A stretch of 64,000 nucleotides of DNA from assembly GCA_030704615.1 (NCBI GenBank), contig CM060734.1, positions 51,708,001 through 51,772,000 on the forward strand, in the 5' to 3' direction. Below the pieces are notes generated by a model. The model had not been told where the DNA came from and searched no databases. It saw nothing but the letters and a program-made list of their open reading frames with translations. The DNA is from Takakia lepidozioides. Lineage: Eukaryota; Plantae; Bryophyta. Below, in pieces: positions 1-13,210 of the stretch. The position numbers and the translations under genes were made by a program. Each line of letters starts with the position of its first letter. The stretch's first letter is position 1.

Positions 1-1928
1 TTCGTATCTTCCTGTGGCAGCCCTTGTGGGAGCTTCCGATCCGGATTGCGAATGAATTCCTTCTAGACTTGTCTGGCGCGCTCTCTGCCACTACGGTTTC
101 GTGGGTCCTTGCTCCTACTATTTTGCAGCTGGGAAAGCCTGCCAGGTGCTGCTTCACTGCTTGAAAAAGTCAGCATTCTGTTCGGAGAGCACCATGTACC
201 GGAATGTATCCATCGGCAAGACTGTATTGAAGGTCAAGGGCGACGGCGCTGTAGCTGGGCCCCACTGCCACGCTGCTGCCTTCCCACACAACGCAGACTC
301 GCACAATGCAGCCCACTGCTGCTTTTGCCTCATCATCAAAAGCTTATCGTGCCACAACTCGATAACGGTGTACATCATCATCACCGTACTGGAAACCTGG
401 AGCTGACCCTGTACCGACGTCCTGCAAGTGATTGATGCACGGAATATCTCAGGAATCTGAGATGACGAGTCTAGACTCTAGATCCTGTTGATCATCAATG
501 ATGGCCTGCCATGCTCTTAATCTAGTGTGAATAAAAGCTGCCACTCTGCACTGCCCTGCTTCTACCCATCTACATACAATCTCCTTCATCACGCCTCTTT
601 GTTTCGCACTTGCCGAACGCGAAGAGGCATTAGATGAATAGGCAAAGGGGAATTAGTGGGCTTGTGAGGGATCCAATGATCATGAATCGCCTTGGTTATC
701 GTTGCATGCTCCGTTGCTGCTCCTGGCAGCACTGTTGCAAATCCAGATCACATGCAACTGGCCTCAACTGAATGCTGCACTAAATGAGCGCGTCAGCAAC
801 CTTCAAGGACCACAAACAGTATAGTAAATATCTTCACAGCCCTAGCTTTCTATGGCGGAGTGACAGCAAAAAAGCCAAACTGATATGAGATTCCGGCCGA
901 TTCCACTGCTCAGCACACAGAATTTAGCCCAAATGCTTTCCCTCGAGCTCGGACCGTCAATATCCAGGAAAATTCCAGGATTGCTTCAACTAAGCGGAGC
1001 ACCCACAAAAAAGGAATACCTAACTTACTGATCTCATCACCCTCAAATGTGCAAATGGATACACATGCCTCCAAGTACCAGCAAGTGATTAAGGCAGTCA
1101 GGGCTTTTATGTGCGTAGAGTCAAGACGCACTTTAATGTTGGCTATTCCTGGTGAGATCCACATGAATGCAGTTCATCAACAGTGTTTGCATGGGCTTTC
1201 ACAAGATGCAAGATGGATTTGGCGGTGGCACGGTGCTCCAAGAAAAAGATGGTTTCCTTTGACACGTCTCCCCACGCAGCCGTGTCCGAGCTGTTTGCTT
1301 ACTTCCATGCCTTCAAAGTTCAGCTCCGATCTCACTCTTATTATAGTCACACAGGGTGGCGGCTGCGCAGCTGCCGAGCAGTTTGCCAGGCAGGTGTCAC
1401 TTGTGGATCCCTCTGTGAAGGGCTGCTGCTGAGGACAGCTGAGGACAGCCCACCTTGACAATCCTCTCCCAGGGGGGGATTACGACTGTCAAATTTTCCC
1501 CACCCCCTTTTCATTGAACCCCACTCCTGCCCCGCCTTCATCCCCTTGCTGGTCCCCCCATTAGTTGGTGCCCTTTGAGAACCAACTTGTAGCCCAGTGG
1601 TAATGCACACATACCACCTCGGAAGTGGTTGTGGGTTCATTCCAACCGAAGCTAGTACCCGCCCATGAAAGGATGGTTCCTACATATGGATTTGAAGAAA
1701 CAATTCGATAATTTTTGTGTTTACTTTTTGACTGAGAAATGTCATTTGGTCACAATTATTTCACTAGTCTGTTGGTAGATTACTCATGGCCACTTTAGAC
1801 TATGGACCAAGACCAAAAAGACGCAGACTAATTTGAAGCAAATTGGTCTACATCTTGGTCCCCATATGCATATTAAAATATTACTATCATAGGGACCAAA
1901 GTTGGTGTGTGAAAATGCCTTGGAACAC

Positions 1929-2195
1929 GCCTCTCATTTTAAGATAATAGGGTCTTCAATGGGCACGTGCGATGTGGCCGGTGGGCCCCGCGCACGGACG
2001 CCCGGCTCCCCAGCACCCCGCCCGCGCCCCCGTCCGCTGCACGGCCAGTCCCCCGACCATGAGTCCGCTGCCCTCCAGTCTGCCAGTCTGCCCGCCAGTC
2101 CGCTGGCCAGTCCCCTGCCATCCAGTCCGCTGACGGCGCAGGATCGCCACCGTCCATTCCCATAACCCATCCGAGCCTTCCATTTTTAGGGCTGC
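1929..2195 (+). repeat. Left terminal inverted repeat of MULE-1
   Basis: Reverse complement of 19061-19379, with indels in the CAGTCC-rich middle. Confidence 0.92.
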
Positions 2196-2339
2196 AATTC
2201 AAACCTGCATTCCTGCCGTCTGCCACTTGCGAGCAGCCGCGAACGTGCGCACTATTCTCTTGGCACGTTGTCGATCATGTCCTGTACTGCGGCACGTTTC
2301 TTGCATGTTCAAAAGCGTGTCCTTTGTACTGTATAGGGC

Positions 2340-5213
2340 ATGGACGTGGAAGCAAAACCCAATGATATACTAATCACGGAAAGCCCACTTATACGGCCTC
2401 TTCGACAATGTTTGCAAACAGCAAAACCAGGACCCTTCAACAGGAAGGATCTCCATTGGAAGAGTGAGACGCAATATGGGTTTATGGGTGTGCAAGTGAA
2501 TGTTGAAAAGGCCTGCATACCTTGGGATAGAGTTGGTGACTTTGTCCTGGGAGAGGAGAGTTTGAAGGACTACCCCACTCAGTTTTGGGTGAATGTCCAT
2601 TCTAAAGTGGAACCCGGCTGGCGAAAAGCACCCAGAGCCAACACATTTATGTCCAGTATTATGTGTGCACCATCCTCAGTCATTTTGACGTTTCATTGCA
2701 TGTCTGTTGCTATTTTTTGTTTCACGAGTTCTTTGATTTTATGCTTCCTCAAGTCATTAAATATCGATTTTAGAATTTTCTGTCCAGCTATCAATGCTGC
2801 TACAGTCCTGATGACAAACGCACCAACAAGGCAATAGTGGAGGATCCAAAACAGAAGCGTGGAGGACCTCTTGTGGGTGCTGGAACATCTTGCCCTCATA
2901 AAGGCCCAAGGAGAAAGAAGTCGGAGTATGAAAAGTCTTACAAGCGTGGTTGCCAAAGCTGTTTCAAGGTCCAGCAATGCTATCTCGCCCCTGACATCTG
3001 TGTCCTCACGTACTACAACAACATGGAGCATACAGATGCGCAAGGGAAACCCTCGTATGGGAAGTCCGCAGAGTTCAGGAACACCCACCACGCCTATGCA
3101 CCACACATTAGCGAGGAATTGAAAGCCTGGGTCGTCGAGTGTTTGTGCCGAGGCCTGTCGGTCGCCCAAATCATGATGGAGCATAAAGAGCACGTGATGA
3201 ACAACACCGGCTTGGGCGATGCATGGACCCGCGATGATTTCTTGTTGGAGCAAGATGTTCGCAACCTTGCTGAGAAACGTGTGTGGCAAACCTTCAAAAA
3301 GCACGCCGATGATGCGGAGAGTGTGCGCATGTGGAGAGACCACAATCCTGCGTCCGTTTTTTTCTATCAAGAGGAGAAATTAGAGCCAACATTCGAGCAT
3401 TTTGATGGAGATTTGACATTCACTATTGGCATACAGACTCCGTGGCAGAAACGACAAATGCTGGAACTAGGACATGACCGTATCGTTGCATGTGATGCAA
3501 CCTTTGGGACAAATCATGACAAGGTACTATTCGAACGATTCCATGGACTTGTACGAGCATGATAGCATAGTACCATGCAACATTCACATAAAATTTGGTG
3601 TGCTGACCCTTTCTGTATGTTTTCATGTGTACATTGCGGAAGACCGAGGGGCAGACCCATTGTGAACCGCTGCAGACCTCATCACTCTTATGAAGTCTTC
3701 TCGTGCAGAACTGAGCGGAATTTGCATGCTCTGACCATCTTACATTGTGCATTCCAACAGTTCCCATTGTACACATTGATGGTCTTCGACGAGTGGTTGA
3801 ACGGTATACCAGTTGCCTATATCCTATCCGCGAGGAATCGGACAAGAGACATGGTTCCGTGGATGAGAGCCTTGCGCGATTCACTCCTCGCAGATTTGCC
3901 GAGCTAGCGACCCAATGTCTTCATTGTGGACGATGCCGAAGCAGAAATCAACTCTATTCGGTAAGTCTGTTGGTCCACAGCACCGATCCATTGTCGAGGT
4001 CCACTGCAGCAGTCCATTACTACAGTCCACTGGCAGACTCCTGTGGCGAAACCCGATGGCAGTTCGCTGGGCAAATCCACTGGCAGTCCGCTGTCAAGTC
4101 CGCTCATCAGTCCCCTGGCAAGTCCGGTGGCAGTCCCGGCAAGTCCGCTCGGCAGTCCGCTGGCAAGTCCGCTGGCAGGTCCACTCAACAAGCCCTGGGG
4201 TCGGCCGTCCGCTGCCAAATCCACTCGGCAGTCCCTGGCAAGTCCGCTTGGCAGTCCGTTGTGGCAGTCCAATGGGGTAGTCCGCTGCCCCAGTCCTAGC
4301 TAGGGGAAGTCCAATGGGTAGTCCAATGGGTTATTCCAACACATCAACATCATGGCATTGTACTGTCCACTGGGCGAGTCCAGTGGCTCTGCCTGCTGAT
4401 ACAGGTCGCTGTTACAGTCCACTCCGGCAGTCCACCATTGCAATCCGATCCCAAGACTCTAATGTGTACTATGCGTGTTGTGCATAATTGTTTTTGAAGG
4501 AGTACTCATTTTCCTCTGCCTTTGGCATGTCCGCAAGGCATGGGTGAAGCAATTATGCAAGAAAACGAAGGATCCGGTGACCGTTGTAAACTTGTTGAAG
4601 GATATGGGAGACCTCATGTACTGTAGAGGAGGACCACGCAACGAGAAAATAGCGCTTCGGTGGGTTGCAAGGAGAATCCGTCGTATAAGGTCAAAATACC
4701 CGAAAGGACATGAATTTCTTGACTATATCGAACAGTACTGGAAGCCCAAAATAGCAATGTGGTGTATAGCAGCCCGCCATGTCCCTCATGCGAGCCAAGA
4801 CACAAACGCAAGCATTGAGGCATACCATGGAAATCTGAAGGCAAGACTTGCCATGGGGAAAGGCAAGATGAGTGGTCGTAGAGTGGACTGGCTTATATGG
4901 GAACTCACTGGCCGTGTGCTAACATACTACTGGTACGCAATCCATTTGAAGACCCACGGGTTCATAAGAAATGACAAACACGAAAAGTACATATCCAGTT
5001 CTATACTTGCGGCACGAGACATTCCTGCTGAGAGTGTTACTCTTCCCTTGGGTCCTGGTGAACCAGCCTACGTTCTCAGCAGCAACCACCCCGGCACAAC
5101 ATACATTGTTTACAATGCTGATTGCGATTGGGGTTGTTGCACGTGTCCATGGGCAATGAAGGGAAACTTATGCAAGCATCAAGTCCATGTCCTGAAGATG
5201 CTTCACCCTGACC
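2340..5213 (+). pseudogene. MULE transposase with SWIM zinc finger (spliced; premature stop; 3' end cut by an LTR)
   Basis: Exons ~2340-2660, ~2790-3522, 3761-3960 and ~4500-5213. DDE-type motifs: IVACDATFGTN, FIVDDAEAEI, CLWHVRKAW, TNASIEAYH. SWIM: CCTCPW...NLCKHQ. In-frame TAG at 3905-3907, where Trp is likely. Confidence 0.88.
3960..4460. repeat. Intronic array of CAGTCC/GGCAAGTCC micro-repeats
   Basis: Many (G)GCAGTCC, AAGTCC and CAATCC units at roughly 10-13 bp spacing inside the transposase intron. Confidence 0.8.
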
Positions 5214-5455
5214 TGAATACAAGTCAAGCCAAGTGCACCCCACGCCATGGGGAATCCACACTACGGCGCCATAGCTAGGCGCGGTGAGGCTCAACTTGAG
5301 AAAGATGAGCCTCCCGCGCTTGCCGTGAAGATAACCACCCCAGGGCCTAAATCTGCCTTGACCCCTGGATTGACACTTGGGCCAATCCCAAATGTCAATA
5401 TGTAAAGCTAGCTATTTCCTAGCTAGTTTCACACTAGTGGTAAAATAACTTGACA
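5214..5455 (-). repeat. 3' LTR
   Basis: TGAATACAAGTCAAGCC...TAAAATAACTTGACA. Differs from 14211-14453 by about 6 internal substitutions, one 1-nt indel and the first two bases. Confidence 0.92.
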
Positions 5456-5893
5456 GCTGTCGTGCGCATACATATCGCTACACAACTACATCGTTGTCCA
5501 AAACCACACAACACATGTGCACACCACACACTAGTATACCACTAATCCACCACTAGTCCAACCACTAGGCTACAACTAGTCAGTCACTAGGCTGCCACTA
5601 TGCTGCCCACTATGGCAGTCACTAGTCCACACAATCGCCCCCCTAGCTGGTGCTTAGGTCCCTCTAAGTCCAGGTAGCCACAAGATGTGATAGTGACCAT
5701 AGCCTCACTAAGTCCTCCACCACTATCCTTACTACACTCAAACTCGATAGATCAAGAGGCCGGGTGCAAGAGTTGCCCCATAGTTAGTCGCCGTCTTGCA
5801 ACCTGTGAACTTGAGCTTGGGATCTCATGTATTGACTCCTATGAGCTTGGCCTCCCATGTCTTGTTAGCTGCCTCCAGTCATGTCCATTGCCA

Positions 5894-6050
5894 CTATCCC
5901 AAGCAGTGTGGACACAACCAATCTCCGTCAGGAACCTTCTCAAGAGGTGGTGTCAAGCATCCCATATGCCAACCCCTTGAGCATCGATCACTCACCAGCA
6001 TGGTGGCTGCCCCTTTGGCAGACCCACAGAGCATGCACCTCAAACCGCAG
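5894..6050 (-). pseudogene. PHD finger at the integrase C-terminus (after a frameshift)
   Basis: Manual translation: LRCMLCGSAKGAATMLVSDRCSRGWHMGCLTPPLEKVPDGDWLCPHCLG*. This fits the C4HC3 PHD pattern with one Cys->Ser. Not in the ORF track. Confidence 0.82.
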
Positions 6051-7200
6051 GTACCACTGCCAAGTTTGGGTCAACTCTGCCATCGACATTGGGAAGGTGA
6101 CATGGCGCATAATTACGCACATGGTCCTTCCAAGTCATGCCATCCCGACCCTCCAAGATCAAGACCCCTGAGGGCAACACCTCTCGAACCCTCAGAATAA
6201 CACGCCCTGCAGTAACATCCAGAGTCGTAGGAGCAGTCTGCTGCAAATAAACATAGTCACCAGGGCTAAACCTCCGAACCCCAGGACGATATCCTCCACC
6301 ACGTATAGTGGCATACCTCAACGTATCACGGTGTTGTGCAATGGCAAGGTTCTCAAAAGCCATGGGCATGACTTTCTTGAACAACTCTGCACGCTGATCA
6401 CATGCACGTACCCACACGTCCGGATCGTCAAGGTTAAGGACTTGAGCAGTGTCCCTACGAATGGCTGCAGGCAAATCCGGCTCTCGGCCAAAGAGAAGGA
6501 AATATGGTGAGAAGGAGGCAAGTGATGCTTGTTTGCTGAACCTGTAGCCCATGGCTAACCAAGGAACCTGAAGATCCCAATCTCCTATGTGTCCCTTCTG
6601 CAAGCCATACTTTGCGCAAACCCCTCTTCACCGTCTGAACAACTCTCTCTGCTAAGCCATCGGCCTCAGGATGATCCCGAGAAGTGGTGCGGTGGTCTAT
6701 CACGGCTTTATTACACAAAGCCTGAAACTCCCCAAGAACTCTCTCCCTTGGTCCGTGAGTACCTCAGCTGGAGCACCAAATCGGCTAAGCACACGATCCA
6801 AGAATGCATACGCAGCCCCCTCACTAGCCTTGTCAGGCAATGGAACCAACTCAATCCACTTGGAGAAGTGCTCCACCATCACCAACACATATCTGTGGTG
6901 GCGCATAGTCAGTGGCAACTGTCCTGCGAAGTCAAGACTCCACCTGTAGCCCAATCCCATGATTGGTAAAGGATGCAACTGTGGTGTAGGGGTGTTGAAT
7001 GAAGCACGCACCCTGTCACACACCATGCACCTAGCCACGAACTGTTGCACCTCTGTATGCATACCACGCCACCAATATTGCCCTTGCAGTAAACTGTGAG
7101 TGCGTCGCACTCCAAAATGCCCCAACTCCTCATGGGCATGCCGCACTAACCGTGCACACTGTGTGGGGTGAGGCACAATCCTCATCCGACTATCCTCCCA
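6040..7200 (-). pseudogene. Integrase (HHCC zinc finger, DDE core, C-terminal region), frameshifted
   Basis: HEELGHFG...CMVC; SLDFAG; VLTDQGREF; HPEADGLAER; FSPYFLLFGREP. Confidence 0.9.
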
Positions 7201-7519
7201 CACTCGAAGTAGGTGTATCCTCTCCCACTTGAACCTCTTGGCTCGTTGCAGGATCCGATCCCTCTCCCTGGCAGTCACAGTGGCTGTCGTGTCTCCCATG
7301 CGGAGGTAGTGCAACACAGCCGAATCCTCACGTATATCTCTGGCACCACCTGGCTCATCACTAGCCTCAGGGTCCTCAGACACTCCGTCTACAGTCATCC
7401 CTGCTGTAGGTCCAACCTGACCTCCCAATGCCAAGATACACAAAAATGCAGATGCGTGCCATCCCGGCACCATCTCCTCGTCCGTCTCACCATGCCACCG
7501 AGCTCCAGTGTCATCCTGC

Positions 7520-9028
7520 TGGCTCATGCATGGATTGCGACTCAATCCATTCGCATCCCGATTGACCAAACCCGGTCGATGCACAACCTGAAAGTCATAC
7601 TCCTGGAGTATGAGTGCCCACCGTGCAAGCTTCCCCGTAAGCTTGTCTGACTCCATCAACCACTTGAGTGGCTGGTGATCCGTGACAAGGGTGAAAAGAT
7701 TGACGTATAGATAGCACCTGAAGTGTGCCACGGCCCACACTGCAGCTAAGCACTCTCCCTCATATGAGCTGTACTTAGCCTCTGTAGCGTTGTTCGAGTG
7801 GCTAGCATAAGCCACTACGAATTCTCTTCCCTCATCATCCACCTGTGTGAGCACCGCTCCAAGCCCTAGCATGCTCCAATCCGTATGCAGCTGAAAAGGG
7901 ACGCCCCTTGATAGGTCGTCTCAGGATAGGCGCCGAGGTCAACCTCGCCTTGAGCTCTTGAAAAGCTCGTTTCTGCTCATCTTCCCACTGCCACTCCTGG
8001 TCCACCTTGGTCAGCTTGGTTAGAGCCTTTGCAATGGTACTAAATCCCTTGACAAACCGTCTATAATAGTTTGCCAATCCCATGAAAGCTCGAACTCGGC
8101 TCACATCCGTGGAGCGTGGAATTTGTGCAATGGCCTCTACCTTAGTCTGATGTACCCCCAATCCTCCAGGATATATCATGTGACCCAGATACTCAATCTG
8201 GTTGTGGAAAAACTTGCACTTCCCCGGATGCAACTTCAATCCGTGCGCTCTCAAGTGCTCCAATACTACCTGAAGGTGTCTCTCATGCTCCTCCATCGTA
8301 ACACTAAAGATGATGATGTCATCTATGTAGCACCGAGCAAAGTCCACCCCTGCTAGAATCCTATCCATGACTCTCTGAAACTCTGCAGGAGCATTCTTAA
8401 GCCCAAATGGTAAGAACCGCCCCTAATATAGGCAATCCTTGCCGTGCTCATTGATCCCCCAGAATGCCGTCTTCTGCTTGTCCGCCTCCTTGATTGGCAA
8501 CTGGTGATATCCGGATCGTAAATCCAAAGTGCTAAAGACCTTAGCATGCCCGATGGCATCAAAGATCTCCTCTGGTGTTGGCATGGCATACTTATCGGAC
8601 TTGGTCTGACGATTTACAGGCCGGTAATCACCGCACATACGTCTCTCCGTCCAATCGCCATAGACATCCTTCTTGGCTGGCATCACTGTGGCTGAAGCAT
8701 ACTCTCCACCAGAGAGCTTCACCAAACCTGCCTCCCAGAGATCTTGAGTTCTCATCTGAATCAAAGACCTCTCCATGTCACTGTATCTATAGGGTCTCCG
8801 AAAGATTGGCGTGTCAGTGGCCAACTCAATACGGATCTCTTGACCCTTCAGTGCTCCCAAGTCCTTCAAACTGAAGGCAAAGCAATTCCTGTAAGCCCTC
8901 AGGAACTGCCGTATACATCGTCTCTCTCCTCCGGTGACAATGGGTCCAATGTCAGGCTCCCAATTGTCCTCCGTAACTGCAACCTTAAGTCCAGTGGGCT
9001 TAGAGGTAGAGGACGCGTCCAGTGGTTG
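7520..9028 (-). pseudogene. pol: Reverse transcriptase and RNase H
   Basis: RRMCGDYRPVN, LDLRSGYHQ, KTAFW, CYIDDIII, FMGLANYYRRFV. A frameshift near 7890 leads into RNase H (HTDWS..GLGAVL, YSSYEGECLA, TDHQPLKWL). Confidence 0.93.
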
Positions 9029-10705
9029 CTATGTTGCAACCTCTTGAGCAATACCCCCTACCTGCTCAGTCAATGACAAGGCCTCATCTTGCCCCATCAT
9101 CTCATCCTCAAGGACTTCCTCCACCCAAGAAAAATCCCCAACCTCATCTTTCATCGTCACCTTGGCTGCCAACTCCCTCTGAACCTCGAGCACCTCCCAC
9201 ATGTGCCATGGATGCATGCACCCCGTGGTCCTCACATGCTCGCCCCCACTCACTGCCTGTACCGTCTTGGTAGGCAGAGAGACCATCGAGGGAAGTGTAC
9301 TCCGCACTCTGCGTTGCTCAGCCATAGCCAAACTGATAATCCAGGTCAAGCAATTGAGATCCAGTGCTTGCCCCAACACTTGACGACGTGATGCCTCAGA
9401 AAGAGACGACACCGCCGTGGTACCAGTGGTAAAACCCATTGCCCGCTCACGCTCGTCAGTATTAAGCTCCACTAACTGCTGCAACTGAGCATCCCACAGG
9501 AGGTCAGGTCCACTATCCCGGAAAGCTTGCGATCCTGGGAAGCTGAGCAGTGTAGGTAATGTTGCTCGTGGTTGACCCACCTTGTTGACCACTGCCAAAG
9601 GCGAACGGTCATCGTGTCTCACACGTTGAGACTGCCTCTCTGTGTCCAGAATGCTATCCACTATGAGATGTGCTGGCCGCTGCACCCCATCAAATGCACG
9701 CTTGAGCAGTGCGGGTGGCATCAAGTTAGTCCACCATAGCCGTGGACGATGAGCCCGCGACCCCACTGTAGCTGCATCTAGCAATACTGCTGACCCAACC
9801 CAGGACCGGACTTGATGCACACTGGCCATCACCCTGGCCCGAGAATCGCCCATCAGTGGCATATTCTCCAAGATGTATGCTGGAGATACAGCTTGATGAA
9901 GCTGCAAATGGCGCAAAACCCGCACCATCTCCCAAAACAGACCCGACCTCGAATCTCGCAATCCATTGCCATGCCCGGCTAATGAATGCCCTTGGCAAGG
10001 CCAACCTGCCACTACCAGATCAATGGAGCCAACCCGCTCCAAATCCTGCGCCCCCAGTAACGAAATGTTTGCTGGCAAGGCCTGCTGATATCCACGAATT
10101 GCAGACACCGACAACAACTCAGGGTACCGCTGCACCAACTGAGCAACATGGCAAAGTGAAACACGTCGTGCAGTCTCATCCCTCTCTACATACAGGTAAC
10201 GCCGAACTTGTACACCTACCTGTAACACAGCAGTCAATCCGGTGCTGATCCCGCCAAACAAGTCCAGAAGACAAATGCCTTCATCCGGATATTGCCACAC
10301 AATAGGTGTGGTGTCCAATGGAGACAACTGAGGTGGTCCTGGTGCAATCCCCGCACTCTCCTCCTCTCCTGACGGTACAAAAGCCTCCACCCAGGCTTGT
10401 TGCACCCGTCGATCAGCATCCCGCTGCAAATCCTTGCTCGTGCCCCACAATGGAGTCTGAGCAACCATGGTAGGCAACTCCTCCATACCATACATGTCAT
10501 CCTGCTCTCCCGGAGGTGGCACATCCTCTGAATGAGCGTTGCCCTCAAGCAACTCTCTAGGCCAACTCACTGCCGCTGTGAATGCTGCTAGTGTCGGCAT
10601 CTTGCCTCGCTGGGCAACTGCAACTCCTCCTATGAACGTCACAGGGAGCTGCACACGCCGGCCCTCCCCTAACTGCCATGCAGGCCTATAGGAAGCTGAC
10701 TCCTC
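9029..10705 (-). pseudogene. Polyprotein segment with a DNMT3-like C5 cytosine methyltransferase domain (~9350-10280)
   Basis: Motif I LLDLFGGI, II YVERDE, IV AGWPCQG, V RSGLFWE, VI ILENM, VIII AHRPRLWWTN, IX ERERAMGF, X RRQVLGQAL. In frame with protease upstream and RT downstream. Confidence 0.9.
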
Positions 10706-11767
10706 CTAAAAATCCAGGGTGAAGCCCATGGGGTACAACACTGCCTCACCAACCAGGACATCGTATGAGACCGCGTCTGTCACAATGGCCTTGGCTCGCA
10801 TCACTGAGCCATCTGTAGGGTGATCCGGCCATAGTCTGATAGCCAACTCACGCCGTGTCATGCCCCGAACCTGCTCCGATCCTCCCAGAGACGTCTGTAT
10901 CTGGAAAGGACAAGGCTCCATATCCGCCTCCGTGAGGCCCAAGCCTGCAATAGCAGATCTGCCCAGCATCAATGGCTGAGCTCCCGAGTCCAACAAGACC
11001 CGCAGTGGCCGGTACCTCTTGCCTGCCGGTCCACTCAAACAGAAAATGTCATCCTGGTTGTCTAACATGACAACTCCAGGTGTCACCATGGCGCGCTCAA
11101 TGGCTGGCCTAGCTGACAGCTCCATCAACCTGGCAGCTGCAACTTGCCATGGCGCTGCTATGGCAGTCTTGACCCTCAAATCCGAGGATCCCTCCGGCAC
11201 TACACCTCCCACTATCTCCGCAGAAGATGAAGTAACCTCCCCACTCTCACAGAGTGTAGCTGCCAGCCTGAACACTTCAGCTGGTCTTACCCCCGGCGTC
11301 GCAATCATGGTAGCCGAGAACAATGGAGCCTGGTACACATATGTGGCCACTCCTAGCAGCACACTAGCTGCCATAGCCTTGGCAACACTAGGTAGTGGTG
11401 CTACCCGTGTAGCTCTCCCCAATGGCATAGTAACCTCCGCCTCGGTAACAGTCGGGCGAGAACTAGGTGCCATGGATGGCGTCGACACTGTCTCCGCCAA
11501 TGTGAATGAGTGAGGAAGCCTAGCCTGACGGCTTGCCTTCCCCCGCTGTGGATCCAACTCCACCTCTGCACCTCGTGGCTCAGGAACTCGTACTGCACCT
11601 CGAGTCACGGCTGCAGCAGACTCCACCTGCACTAGTGGTAGTGCTACTCCACACATGAATCCCATGCCTCCCATATCTCCTCCCTCAGGAGCAGGAGGTG
11701 GACCATCCGGCCTTAGAGCCGGTACCACCTGAGCTGTAGCCATGGTAGCGAGCCTCTGCTCTAGCTG
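10706..11767 (-). pseudogene. Polyprotein segment with retropepsin (aspartic protease)
   Basis: Catalytic motif RVLLDSGAQPLML and YDVLVG (ILG-type) motif; same frame as gag. Confidence 0.85.
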
Positions 11768-13210
11768 CTAAAGCCGGTTGGCCATGCCTTGGTCAACACC
11801 CTGACCTCCGCGTCCTTGGCCATGTTGAGCTTGCCCTTGGCCTGCACCTCGTGGCTGGCCACCTCGTCCTCTCTGGGCTACTCCACCTTGCCCCCGGCCA
11901 CCATTGTTCCCTTGGAATTGGCCTGGGCGCAACTCAGGATGCAAACCATAACACTGGGCCTCTCCATGCCCGTGCTTGCCACAATGCCCACACTGCAACT
12001 GTGCAGGTTGTGCATGTGTCGGCCCTTTGCCTCCCTCTGGGCAATCCTTCTTGACATGGGGTCCTCCACATGTCCAGCACACCACATCCGCCCGTTGTTG
12101 GCTAGCAAATGAAGGGAGAGACCCCTGCATCTGAGGTCCTCTCTGCCCTTCCCTGAGCTTCACCTGAGCCCCCTTGTTGCCTTGAGCACGTTGAGGTAGT
12201 GGTTGGCTAGGAGCACCACTACCCCGTGGTGTCTCCTTAGCAAATCCCACCATGACCACTCGTTCCTCCACCATGTTGAGCTCTATCCGCTCTGCCAGCA
12301 AAAACACATTTGCTAAGGTGGGTTGGGCCGCTTGTAGGAGAGTTGCATCCCGCACCCTTCTCCTCAGCTCCTTGTCCAATATCCCATACCAAAATTCGAC
12401 TGCCTGAGCTTCCATAACCCCTTGGGTTATATTTATCAAGCGCCTCATGCGAGTGAAAGCCTCCCTCAAGCTCTCAGTCGGCTTCCGTTGGAACTCTTGC
12501 AAGCTCCGCAACTTCTCTGTCCTCACCCCTTGGTAGTTCCCTCTCAACTCTTCGAAGAACTCCATAACAGGGTTGAAGGCAGGCACGGGTACTAGTGCTA
12601 GTGCGGTAGTGGCTTGGGTGGACGTCGTAGCTACTGTACCACCAGTCCCACCAGTCCCACTAGTCCCTCTGCTACTTGCTGAAGCTGCCGGTGCAGCGGC
12701 AGGTGTAGCCACTGCCCTCGTGGCTCTAGTGCCCCTAGTGATGGAGACATAGTCGGGTGACCAGTACATCCTCCACTCCTCGATCTCAACCTCATGCCCC
12801 CGCCTGAACTCATGGTAATCATCCATAGGCGGCCCCTCAAGGTGCTGAAATAGCCCCTTCCATGCCATGAAAGGCGTAAATAATTGTGGATTGCGCATTT
12901 GCTGCAAATCACACAAACTATCAAACTCTTGGATAAAATCATCCAACTCGATGGTGCCCGCTGCCCCAGAGTACCTTTGTGGCCCCTTGGTAGCTCCATA
13001 CATCTCCTCCATTGTGTCCCACAACAATGGCAAAGAAACAACTTTTACCGCCGGTATGAGTCCTCCTGATTCACAATCCGAATCAGAACCTTCCGTAGAA
13101 GACACAGGAGATGAAGGTGGCCTAAACCGCACACCTTGTCTCGTGTACCCACTAGTATCACTAGTGCTCGAACCGGCACTGTCCCCAGCAACTAGTAAGG
13201 CATGCTCCAC
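11768..13210 (-). pseudogene. gag: Gag with two zinc knuckles
   Basis: Retrotransposon gag-like core (FQRKPTESLREAFTRMRRL) and knuckles CWTCGGPHVKKDC and CGHCGKHGHGEAQC. Ends in a TAG that is in frame with the next ORF. Confidence 0.85.

Noticed and set aside
1-1700. Short ORFs on both strands
   Set aside because: No recognisable motif; could be a decayed gene or TE fragment, but cannot be assigned.
1902-2226. GC-rich ORFs mirrored at 18911-19400
   Set aside because: By-products of the TIR sequence.
5211-5217. ACCTGAA / ACTCGAA (14454-14460) as a decayed 7-bp TSD
   Set aside because: Needs two mutations, overlaps the LTR start, and is longer than typical Gypsy TSDs.
11019-11513. Antisense ORFs over the Gypsy polyprotein (and similar ones over other genes)
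   Set aside because: Shadow ORFs of the coding strand with no independent motifs.
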